The position numbers were made by a program, and so were the translations under genes. This document shows, piece after piece, positions 44,544 through 53,515 of a stretch of DNA of 64,000 nucleotides (its first letter is position 1; every line of letters starts with the position of its first letter). Origin of the DNA: a virus; the IMG/VR virus record IMGVR_UViG_3300009431_000004; one strand, 5' to 3'. The notes beneath the pieces were generated by a model, which saw only the letters and a program-made list of their open reading frames with translations, did no database searches and was not told the origin of the DNA.

Positions 44544-47506
44544 TGGTCCTTGGCGTCCTCACGGAGCGCATGGAACAGGTCTGAAATCTCGTTCTCGGCG
44601 GCGATGATGGTGTCGTCGTCTTCGCCCTTGATGCGTTTCCCCAAGACGGCCTCTACCAGCTTCATCTTCTTCCGCAACACTTCCATTACCCGATGGTCAA
44701 CGGTCTTCGACCTACCCTTGGCCACAAGGTGGATGACGTAGCAGCGGTCGTGCAGCGACCCGATGCGAATCATCCGGCCCACGAGCTGAAGGAAGTCTCC
44801 GGCAGACCACGGGGTGTCCACACAGATGACTGCCTTCGCCGCTTGCAGGTTGATTGCCTCGGACCCGGCGGCGGTGATGCAGCATACTCGCGTCCCGCTC
44901 TCCGGGTTCTGGAAGGTGGCCATGGCGTCCTGCCGCTGGGCTTCGTTTTCGGACCCGGTGATGCGGACGGCCTCGACTTTCTTGGTCTTGAGAGTGGGCA
45001 TGATGATGTCAATCATCTTGCGGAACCGGGAAAACACGATGACGTTCTCTTCGGCAAGGTCGCCTTCGGTCAGCATGTCGGTGAGCTGGGTCAGCTTGGG
45101 GGACTCGGTTTCGATGCCGAGGAGTTCGAGGTCATTGCATATCTGCTGGCAGTAGGTGATGGCCGTCAGCTTCGTGACCTCGGTGACTTCCCCGGTCCCC
45201 TTCTCCAACAGACCGGCCAGAGCCTCGTCGTACTTTCCCTGCTGTTCGTCGGTGAGGGGGATTTCCACGACCTGCGGAATCAGGACGGGCAGCTCGGAGG
45301 CCACCTCGTGCTTGGGCCTGCCGAGGAAGTAAGGGTCGATGACATCCTTGAACTCCTGAATCCGCTCCGGGGTGTACCCGATGATGACCGGCACATGCCG
45401 GTTGGACCGGGGAATTTGCTGCATCCGAACGACGCAGTAGTACATCATGAACTTGTTGTGGTTCATGCCGAACAGGCCGGGCATGACCACCTGATAGATG
45501 CCGTAGCCCTCCATGAGATGATTCTTGATGAGGGTCGCGGTCAACCCCCATGCCCGCTTGGCACTGGCGGCCATGAACTTGCAAACCTGATGGACCTGCG
45601 TCCGGGGGTTCTTGAAGGCCGTGGCTTCGTCGAAGACCACGATGTAGTCCGTCAACCCCTGAATCCGGGAGATGTCCCTGACGGCGCTCCTGTAGCCCAT
45701 CACGACGACGCACGGACCCGTGGACTTCTCCCAGTAGTCGATGGCCTTCATGCGCTGGGTGGGTGTCCCACGGCACCCGATGACCCGGACGTTCCGGGTG
45801 AACTTGGAGAACTCCCGGACCCATTGGGTAGTGCCTGACTTGGTGGTCAGGACCACGACCTTCTGCGTCGGGTCCTTCTCCCAGATGTGGCAGAGCGCCG
45901 CGATGGTTTCGAGGGTGTTGTGGTTAATGAGGCCATTGCCGACGAAAGAGTGAGCGGGGTCATCAACTTCAATGTCAAAGACCTCTTTGAAACCCTCCGT
46001 GACCTTTTCTATAGGGTCGTAAAAAAACTTTTGTTGGCAGACATTCCGAACAGCTACAACTGACGGATGGTCAGAAGGAACATCGACTTCAGCGGCCACT
46101 TCCAGCATCTTCTCCAAATAGGCATAAGTGGGATTCCGAGTTCCCTGCCGGATGTGGCCCATAGTAGTATAGAAACCACTCCCCCACCGAGTTGAGATGC
46201 CTTCTCCACTATGCCCATGAAGACCGGCTTTCTCGTAAATCTCTGCCCTCAGATTTTCGACAAGCTCCTTGGCAAAAGGAATCACATCATGATTCGGATT
46301 CGAGAGGTCAGGCAATATCCCTTGCAGCCGTTCTTGTTTCCGGGGCGAGATAAACCCGATTACTTTTTGGAATTGCCGGGCATCATTTCCAAAGATGGTC
46401 AGTCTCCAATACGTATGGGCGTGACCAGTCGCTATCTTTGTGCTTCGTTTAGCCACTATGCCGAACTTGAGCAGGAGAATTTGAACCTCTCGGGCAAGTT
46501 GTTCCGAAGCTGTGGAATACTCAATACCCCCAGTGGACACGGCTCCCCCGTCTCCTTCAAACAACCCCCGCAGGAATTCCCGGACGGACCTCTCCGTTGC
46601 CCTCAAAATTGGGTCCGGCACCCTCTTGTCTGCCGAGAGGGTGTAATCCACACCCATCCCCTCTAAATACCGGCGAAGAAAAACACTGTCGATATTGGTG
46701 TCCGTCTGAACACGCCGAGCATCAAAACCAAGTTGAACCCCCAACAAGCGCCGGATGTCTTTCCACACCATGGGATTTTTCACTGGGGATTGTGATATGG
46801 TGAACTTATACCGATTATTGACCCAGCCTTCCGCCACAATGTAACCGAGAAGACGGGCCAATTCTGGATTCATTACATCAGGTACATCAAAGACACGAGC
46901 GTTTCCCGCCACTGACGGAAGTTGCAAAGCGGGTTCTTGCATTGGGAACACCCCCCGGCTTCGGGGAATACACACATAATCCCCTCGCTCAAGGTGTTGA
47001 AGCTGCTGGAATTCCTCACCAGAACTACCACGCATATATAAGGGATGGACAAAGGAACCCTCAACTTCAAACCCGTACCGACTTCTTACTCTACGAGTGG
47101 GCTTGTATCCCCCGTAATAAAAAGCCCGGATAGGGGCGGTGCGCCCCTCTTCCCCTACGCGGATTCGCCAATTACTACTTGACGGTGCGGGGCAAAAGGT
47201 ATCCGGCTTCATCCCAGCGGGGCACAGGTCACGGATACGCACTAAACCTTGATTTGTTTCCATCAGGGTCGGCCCTGTCACGCACTTGCCCAGTCCCGTG
47301 TCGTCTCCGAGGACGAACCGGCGCATCCCCACGAGGTGCATGATGCCTTGCGCCTGATAATAGCGGATGCGGAGAGGCTTCTCCGTCCCGTCGAAGTCCG
47401 TGTACGTCTCCTTGAGGTGCGTGGTCCGCTTCAACTTCAGGTCGGTCCGCGTCCGCATGGTCTTGAGCTTCTTGTAGGTCTTCGCAAGCTGAGAGTCGGG
47501 GTCCAT
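44540..47506 (-). CDS. SNF2-family helicase containing an intein
   Basis: YQ...GDDTGLGK|T, DEAT, LTATL, FSRF, SEAINLQ, QLVGRMIRIG. Confidence 0.93.
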   Translation of the reverse strand: MDPDSQLAKTYKKLKTMRTRTDLKLKRTTHLKETYTDFDGTEKPLRIRYYQAQGIMHLVGMRRFVLGDDTGLGKCVTGPTLMETNQGLVRIRDLCPAGMKPDTFCPAPSSSNWRIRVGEEGRTAPIRAFYYGGYKPTRRVRSRYGFEVEGSFVHPLYMRGSSGEEFQQLQHLERGDYVCIPRSRGVFPMQEPALQLPSVAGNARVFDVPDVMNPELARLLGYIVAEGWVNNRYKFTISQSPVKNPMVWKDIRRLLGVQLGFDARRVQTDTNIDSVFLRRYLEGMGVDYTLSADKRVPDPILRATERSVREFLRGLFEGDGGAVSTGGIEYSTASEQLAREVQILLLKFGIVAKRSTKIATGHAHTYWRLTIFGNDARQFQKVIGFISPRKQERLQGILPDLSNPNHDVIPFAKELVENLRAEIYEKAGLHGHSGEGISTRWGSGFYTTMGHIRQGTRNPTYAYLEKMLEVAAEVDVPSDHPSVVAVRNVCQQKFFYDPIEKVTEGFKEVFDIEVDDPAHSFVGNGLINHNTLETIAALCHIWEKDPTQKVVVLTTKSGTTQWVREFSKFTRNVRVIGCRGTPTQRMKAIDYWEKSTGPCVVVMGYRSAVRDISRIQGLTDYIVVFDEATAFKNPRTQVHQVCKFMAASAKRAWGLTATLIKNHLMEGYGIYQVVMPGLFGMNHNKFMMYYCVVRMQQIPRSNRHVPVIIGYTPERIQEFKDVIDPYFLGRPKHEVASELPVLIPQVVEIPLTDEQQGKYDEALAGLLEKGTGEVTEVTKLTAITYCQQICNDLELLGIETESPKLTQLTDMLTEGDLAEENVIVFSRFRKMIDIIMPTLKTKKVEAVRITGSENEAQRQDAMATFQNPESGTRVCCITAAGSEAINLQAAKAVICVDTPWSAGDFLQLVGRMIRIGSLHDRCYVIHLVAKGRSKTVDHRVMEVLRKKMKLVEAVLGKRIKGEDDDTIIAAENEISDLFHALREDAKDQ
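45917..47284 (-). mobile_element. intein with LAGLIDADG endonuclease, inserted in Walker A
   Basis: GK|CVTG...NGLINHN|T; LLGYIVAEG and FLRGLFEGDG; AT-richer than the host gene; 456 codons. Confidence 0.93.
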
Positions 47507-47560
47507 TTGTCACTCCGAGGGCGTCTTTATCTTTACCCGATGCGCTGGGAAATGAGTCCC

Positions 47561-48160
47561 CTACAACAGGACGTAAAGTACGTCCCAGAGGAGAAGACCG
47601 TGCGGAAACTGCGTAGGGCGTGTTTCGAGGGCCAGCATGACGGCTGCCCGCAGGTAAATCGGACCTCGCCTCTTGGGGACATCGGGGCGCAGCTTCTCGA
47701 TGGCCTTCGCGTACTTTTTGAAGATTTTGACGAGTCCCTGCCCGATGGTCGAGGCCAGAATCGTCTGGCACCACAGGGCCAAGTTCTGAAAGGCCGTGTC
47801 CACAGCCTCCTCGATTTCGCTCGGGGGCAGGCGGAGGGCAGCGTGGTACGGGGGTGTGTCTCCGGCGGCGTCCATGATGTCACGCCCGACTGCGAGCGCC
47901 CGCTCCTGCTTCTTCGGCATGTCGGGCCAGTTTTTCCGTTGCTCTTTGAGGAGGAAGAAGATGTAGGGGAGCCACTCCATCGGGACGCCCGCTTTGTCGG
48001 ACTCGATGGCGACCTGCCGGACGAAGGCTTTGCCCTGCTTCAGGACGACTGCCTCAAAGTCCTTCATGATTCTGGCGAGGAGCTTGTTCTCTTCCGTCTC
48101 GGGCTGGCCGATGCCACGGCCAAAGAGCTTCTGATGGATGGCTTTCCAGTTGGTCTTCAC
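47561..48160 (-). CDS. hypothetical protein
   Basis: GTGA coupling. Confidence 0.7.
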   Translation of the reverse strand: MKTNWKAIHQKLFGRGIGQPETEENKLLARIMKDFEAVVLKQGKAFVRQVAIESDKAGVPMEWLPYIFFLLKEQRKNWPDMPKKQERALAVGRDIMDAAGDTPPYHAALRLPPSEIEEAVDTAFQNLALWCQTILASTIGQGLVKIFKKYAKAIEKLRPDVPKRRGPIYLRAAVMLALETRPTQFPHGLLLWDVLYVLL

Positions 48161-48921
48161 GACGGCTCCCCGATGTCCACAATGACCCGTCCCGGCTGGT
48201 CCACCACCAAAGAAGCACCGTGCATCGTCCGGGTCACTTTGATGCCCTCGGTGGGCGTCACTGCCACCTGACGGCCCGGAACCGTGATGTGGCCCACCCG
48301 GCGGTCCTGCCGGGACGGCAGCGGTGTCTCCCGCTCCTTCAGATGGGCCAGCACTTGGGCGAAGGAAGACCGTTCGAGTCCGAGCGAACGGATGGACTCT
48401 GCCGTCCGGGGACCGATGATGCCGTCGATGGGGCCACAGTTACGACCAACCCGGTGGAGCTGGGCCTGCGCGAACCGCTCGTCCGGCTTGTCTCCCTTCC
48501 ACTGGCCCACGTCGCACTGGGCGGCGCAACAGACCGAGGGCCACGCCAGATGACCCCGACCTTCGGCCAACAGGCGGTCGTAGAGTGGCTGCCACGGACC
48601 GAGGAAGTGGTAGATGTAGTTGATGTCCCCGACGATGGGATAGCGGTCCCAAGGAGTGACCCCGAGGGGTACGGCGTAGCCCCAGAGAGCGTTCAGGGCG
48701 CTCTGGGGGTCGTGTTCTTCTTTCCGGGTCAACGTGAGATGCAGCTCCCGCCCCGCCGGAGCGAGAGACAGAATCTCTCCATCGGCGCTGCCTGCTTTGG
48801 GGCCGAGCAGCTCCAACTGCCAGCCGGTCGCACCCGCGTTGGCTTCGAGCGATTGCACGAGATGGGCGGTATCTTGGGTCAGAAGCAGACCCCGGAAGTT
48901 GATGAGAGTCTCGCGCTGCAT
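48157..48921 (-). CDS. peptidoglycan-binding domain protein
   Basis: QAQLHRVG...GPIDGIIGPRT. Confidence 0.7.
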   Translation of the reverse strand: MQRETLINFRGLLLTQDTAHLVQSLEANAGATGWQLELLGPKAGSADGEILSLAPAGRELHLTLTRKEEHDPQSALNALWGYAVPLGVTPWDRYPIVGDINYIYHFLGPWQPLYDRLLAEGRGHLAWPSVCCAAQCDVGQWKGDKPDERFAQAQLHRVGRNCGPIDGIIGPRTAESIRSLGLERSSFAQVLAHLKERETPLPSRQDRRVGHITVPGRQVAVTPTEGIKVTRTMHGASLVVDQPGRVIVDIGEPS

Positions 48922-48944
48922 TCACGCCTCCTCTAATGGACGGG

Positions 48945-49004
48945 ATAGGCTGCCTACCGACGGCGACACTCCATTTTACCCCGTGCGGGCAATAGAGAGT
49001 CTAT
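48945..49004. promoter_or_regulatory. divergent pair of class-III (late-like) motifs
   Basis: TAG-GCAGC-CTAT on minus (48945..48956) and TAG-AGAGT-CTAT on plus (48993..49004). Confidence 0.6.
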
Positions 49005-49047
49005 CCGCACCCTCTAATGAGTTCGGTGTCTTCAACGGAGCCTTGAT

Positions 49048-52000
49048 GTGAGTAACGCCTCCAAACGAGTCGCCCGACGCTATCTGGCCTCGAAGATGTC
49101 CGCGACCCCCGACCCCAAGCCGGTCGGCGCGGGCCGCCTCATCGACCTTGCCAATTTCGCTCTGGCCTTCAGAGCCTACGGCAACTGGCTGGTCGAAGCG
49201 GGCCAAGACGGGAGCAAGGACGCGCTCTACGGTGCCGGGTTCAAGTTGGGTCGCCGGTATATGGTCGAGCTGGTCAACGGCACGTCCCAGCACATCGCCC
49301 CACTGATGGACGACAGCAAGGCGGCAGCCGTCGCGCCCGCCATCCGAAAGTCACAGAGAGCAGGAAATCCGGTGGTCACGATGGGCCGCCACGCGGATAT
49401 GTTCCAGACGGTTCTCCCGTGGATGTTGACGAAGCAGGCCATCTTCCGGGGGATGTTCCAAGGGAAGGTGGCCAAGGCTGCCCGCATGGTCGCCAACGCG
49501 GCCCAAGAAGAGTCCTTCCCGGCGCTCCTGAACAAGTCCGCCAACATCATGCCGGTGTCCGGCCTGCGAATCCCCTCCCAGTGGATTACGAAGGCAGCCA
49601 AGGCCGCCGGGGCGGAGCTGACCAGCACCGAGCTGACGATGGTGGACGCGAAGCTGGCCAAGGCACTCGGAGAGGACCTCAAGTCCGCCGAGACGGACCT
49701 CGCCGTTGCCCAACCCAACACACCCGAAGCCGCCGCGCTGGAAGAAAGGCGGACCGAGATTCTGGCCCGTATCGAACAGATGGCGGAAGAATCCGACAGC
49801 CCGGATACCGTCCGAGCCGTCGCCGGGTCTGTCCAGCAGATGTCGGACCACGCCACCGAAACGGGCCGCCGTCTGGGTCACACCATTGACCAAGAGGCGG
49901 CGATGATAGCGCAGGGGAGGGCCATCATCGCTGCGGGCGCAGGCTCCGGCAAGACCCGCGTGCTGGCCTCGAAGGTCGCCTACCACATCAATGAGCTGGG
50001 GGTTGACCCCACGGCCATCCTCGCCACCACCTTCACCACGAAGGCCGCAGGCGAGCTGAAGAAGAGGGTGGCCGACTACGGGGCCGTCATCGAGGGTGTC
50101 GCGGACGACAACTTCGGGACCACCCACTCCATCGCTGGCAAGATGCTCAACCGCCGGGCAACCGCGTTCCGGCGTCCCAAGTACATCGGCAAGAAGGAGA
50201 TGTGGAAGCAGTCCCTCCTCATCCGGCTGGCCATGGAGCAGGTCCAGATGACCGGCGGCGGGGAGCATCTCGCACCCCAGCCCAAGGGTTTCTGGGAGGA
50301 CGCCTTCGTGCCGGACACCCCGCCGGGGCAGGATACCGACATGGCGGACTACCAAGCCGCCGTTGACGACGCCATCGGGTTCTATCGCTGGGCTTCCGAG
50401 AACTGGCAAAAGCCGTGGAGGAACCGGCCCGGCAACCAGAAAGCTGCCGACTGGGCTGGGCGTGTCGCCGCAGACCTCATGGCCATCCGCAGCACGCCGC
50501 CCAGCCAGCTCACTCCTCGGCAGAAAGACTGGCTCAACAAGAGTGTGTTCCCCAAGGTCAAGCGGGTCCAATACCGTGTCGCCGCCAAGAAGAAAGAGGA
50601 CGAGGCACCCCCGGAGCCGAAGCAGCAGAAGAAGAAGCTCGACGACTACACCTACTACAAGAGGCCCGCAGGGCAGTGGTTCAACCTCGGTCGCAAGCTC
50701 ACCCGAGAAATCGGGGAGGGTGCCGAGATGGGCATCCCGCTCGGGGAGTTCAAGAACGCCATCTCCATCCTCAAAGGCAAGGGCATCTCCCCGTCCGAAG
50801 CATGGACCGGACAGGACGGCCCCTACGGTGAAGCGTCTGACGCCGCAGCCGTCTACGCCGCCTACGAGTGGCTCAAAGGCAGCAACGGGGAGCCGGAGTT
50901 CCAGTCCACGGGCGACATGGATGACATCCTCATCGACACCGTGAAGGCACTGGTGGGAAGCCCGACCCTCCGTCGGCAGATGGAGGCCCAGTACAAAGTT
51001 CTGCTCATTGATGAAGCCCAAGACCTCAACCGTGTGCAGCATCTCCTGTTCGGCCTGATGGCGGGCTACCTCGACGCCGAGACGCTCGAACCCCACGCCG
51101 ACAAGCACATGAGCGCCGACACCTACTGCCTGATTGGCGACGATAAACAGGCGATTTACGAGTTTCGCGGCGCGGACCCCGGTGAATTTATTGACAAATC
51201 CAACCTCACCGAAGGCGGCGACAACTTCTCGACCAAGATTCTGGACCTGAACTTCCGGTCCGGCGAGGCCATCGTTCAGGGGGCCAACCGGCTCATCGCC
51301 CACAACTGCATCGAGGAGGCCACCCCCATTAACACCCCCCAAGGGGACCGAAAAGCCTCTGACCTCCAAATCGGGGATTCAATCCTGACCTACCGGAATG
51401 GTGAAGTTGTCACGGGACAGGTATCTGAGATACATGAGTCCCTATGGACTGAAGGGTTTTGTATACGCACCCACAAAGGTCATGAGATTGTCATGTCTCC
51501 GAACCATCGCCTGTGGGCATCCGAACCTCTAATCCCGGACAACATGGTTTCGGTATACCTGATGTACCGGGAGGATTTCGGGTATCGCATTGGGACCACT
51601 TCTTGCGGGGGGCGTGTTTCTCAAGGTTCTAATTATCCTCAGTCTTTAGGGGCTAGGGCTGCGATGGAACATGGAGAAAGAATGTGGATTATCGGGGTAT
51701 ACCCCACAGTAGATGAAGCACTCCATCAAGAAAGCATCCTATCCCTTCGGTACAGCATCCCTATGACGGTATTCCGCAACAGGGGGAGGACGCCTTCGGA
51801 TGACCGAATTGTTCGCATTTTTCAAGAGTTTGGGAGTAATGGATTACGCCTATTGGAAGAACGGCACCTGTCCCCTGAGTACCCCCATTGGGCTGCCCGT
51901 TCCCAACGCGGGCATGGCCGCAACCGGGAGGTGATTTCCTTCATCGCTCACGGCGCACGGGGGAGTCAGGTTTACCTCCGAGGAGTAGATGGGGATATTC

Positions 52001-53514
52001 ATACCCGGAAACAGTTTGCGGTCTACGAGGAAGCCCAACAATTTGTTTGGGGCCTAAGTCGGGGAACTGGACATACCATCATCGAGAAAATGCAAATCGA
52101 GGACGCCGAGTTGCACCTGATGACTGCTTCAGCCTTAATGGAAGGGATGATGATTCCGGTGTTAGATGAGGGTATGGTGACACTCCAACGTATCCAGTCT
52201 ATCCAAAGAACAAAAGGCACCTTCTTGGACTTAGGCATCGAAGGAACTTGCAATTTCTTTGGAGGGGGAATCCTGAGTCATAATTCCAAACAGGTGCCGA
52301 TGGTCTGCAAGGCCAACGTGGACCGCAACGGCACAGGGCAGCTCATCAGCCGTCCAGCGGAAGACTCCGCCGAGGCCGGTGTGCTGGTGGCCGAAGAAAT
52401 CGAGTCCATGATGGAGACGGCAGAGGACGATGCCTCGAAGTACATCGACTTCGGTGTCGCTGTCCGCTCGAACGCCGAGGCATACCACTACGGGTTGGAG
52501 ATGCTCAAGCGGGGCATCCCCTTCAAGTCCAACGCCCGGTTCTTCAGCGACCCGAACACCAAGGCGCTCATCGGCTGGCTCACCATCGCGGAGAACGGTA
52601 TCGACGGCCCTCCGGCCATGATGGAGCAGGCGGTCAAGGATGCCATGAAGGCTCCCTACAGCCGCCTCGGAAAGGCTCTCCTGAACACCTTGATGGAGGA
52701 CGCGGGCGGCACTCCGTGGACCAAGTACCTCGTGGACAACGCCTCCACCATCTACCGGCGCGACCCGTGGAAGGGATTTCTCGAACACTTCGCAGAGAAC
52801 ATCAAGGCTGCCTCGAAGCTCACCGGCACACCCCCGGACATTCTGGGGAAAATCATGCTGTTCAACGGGGTGGATGGAACCTCGATGCAGACCGGAATGA
52901 TTCGCAGTGTGGCCGAGAACGAGGACATCATGGCCGAGCTGGCCGCCGCCTCCGAGGGGGGCGTTGTCACACAGGAGCAGCTCGACGAAGCGGCCCTCGC
53001 GCCGGTCGAACCTCTCATCGGCCTCATGTCCGGCAAGGAGGAACTGGGGCCTGCGATGACCTTCGTCCGCAAGCTCCGGGCGGTCAACGACAAGGTGACT
53101 TCCAAGGACACCGAGGAGGAGCTGGACCGCGACGCCGTGACCATCGGGACCATGCACTCGTGGAAGGGCCTCGAATGCCCCAACGTCTACGCCCCCATGG
53201 TCGGCGGCAAGTTCCCCCGGACCGGGCCGGATGGTACGGCGCTGGAAAGCCCGGACCTGTGGTCCGAGCGTCGTCTTGCCTACGTGGCCATCACCCGCGC
53301 CGAGCAACGCTGCTGTGTCCTCGACATCCCCAACCCCAAGACCGGCCACCGGAGCCAGTTCCTCGCAGAAGCCTGTGTGCAACCGGAGGGGATGCCTGCC
53401 GACGGTGAGGGGAAGGTTCCGAAGACAGCCGCGTGGCAGCCTGCTCGGGATGAGATAGAGGAGCTGATGGACCTCGGCTACGCCATCGAACAGAAGCTCA
53501 CAGGAGGACAGTGA
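49048..53514 (+). CDS. UvrD/PcrA SF1 helicase with long N-terminal extension and an intein
   Basis: AGAGSGKT, TFTTKAA, IDEAQD, GDDKQAIYEFRGA, NFRS, TMHSWKGLE, ERRLAYVAITRA. Confidence 0.93.
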   Translation: MSNASKRVARRYLASKMSATPDPKPVGAGRLIDLANFALAFRAYGNWLVEAGQDGSKDALYGAGFKLGRRYMVELVNGTSQHIAPLMDDSKAAAVAPAIRKSQRAGNPVVTMGRHADMFQTVLPWMLTKQAIFRGMFQGKVAKAARMVANAAQEESFPALLNKSANIMPVSGLRIPSQWITKAAKAAGAELTSTELTMVDAKLAKALGEDLKSAETDLAVAQPNTPEAAALEERRTEILARIEQMAEESDSPDTVRAVAGSVQQMSDHATETGRRLGHTIDQEAAMIAQGRAIIAAGAGSGKTRVLASKVAYHINELGVDPTAILATTFTTKAAGELKKRVADYGAVIEGVADDNFGTTHSIAGKMLNRRATAFRRPKYIGKKEMWKQSLLIRLAMEQVQMTGGGEHLAPQPKGFWEDAFVPDTPPGQDTDMADYQAAVDDAIGFYRWASENWQKPWRNRPGNQKAADWAGRVAADLMAIRSTPPSQLTPRQKDWLNKSVFPKVKRVQYRVAAKKKEDEAPPEPKQQKKKLDDYTYYKRPAGQWFNLGRKLTREIGEGAEMGIPLGEFKNAISILKGKGISPSEAWTGQDGPYGEASDAAAVYAAYEWLKGSNGEPEFQSTGDMDDILIDTVKALVGSPTLRRQMEAQYKVLLIDEAQDLNRVQHLLFGLMAGYLDAETLEPHADKHMSADTYCLIGDDKQAIYEFRGADPGEFIDKSNLTEGGDNFSTKILDLNFRSGEAIVQGANRLIAHNCIEEATPINTPQGDRKASDLQIGDSILTYRNGEVVTGQVSEIHESLWTEGFCIRTHKGHEIVMSPNHRLWASEPLIPDNMVSVYLMYREDFGYRIGTTSCGGRVSQGSNYPQSLGARAAMEHGERMWIIGVYPTVDEALHQESILSLRYSIPMTVFRNRGRTPSDDRIVRIFQEFGSNGLRLLEERHLSPEYPHWAARSQRGHGRNREVISFIAHGARGSQVYLRGVDGDIHTRKQFAVYEEAQQFVWGLSRGTGHTIIEKMQIEDAELHLMTASALMEGMMIPVLDEGMVTLQRIQSIQRTKGTFLDLGIEGTCNFFGGGILSHNSKQVPMVCKANVDRNGTGQLISRPAEDSAEAGVLVAEEIESMMETAEDDASKYIDFGVAVRSNAEAYHYGLEMLKRGIPFKSNARFFSDPNTKALIGWLTIAENGIDGPPAMMEQAVKDAMKAPYSRLGKALLNTLMEDAGGTPWTKYLVDNASTIYRRDPWKGFLEHFAENIKAASKLTGTPPDILGKIMLFNGVDGTSMQTGMIRSVAENEDIMAELAAASEGGVVTQEQLDEAALAPVEPLIGLMSGKEELGPAMTFVRKLRAVNDKVTSKDTEEELDRDAVTIGTMHSWKGLECPNVYAPMVGGKFPRTGPDGTALESPDLWSERRLAYVAITRAEQRCCVLDIPNPKTGHRSQFLAEACVQPEGMPADGEGKVPKTAAWQPARDEIEELMDLGYAIEQKLTGGQ
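51307..52284 (+). mobile_element. intein in UvrD with a non-LAGLIDADG central domain
   Basis: HN|CIEEATPI...SPNHRLW...GGILSHN|S; AT-richer; 326 codons. Confidence 0.9.
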
Positions 53515-53515
53515 C

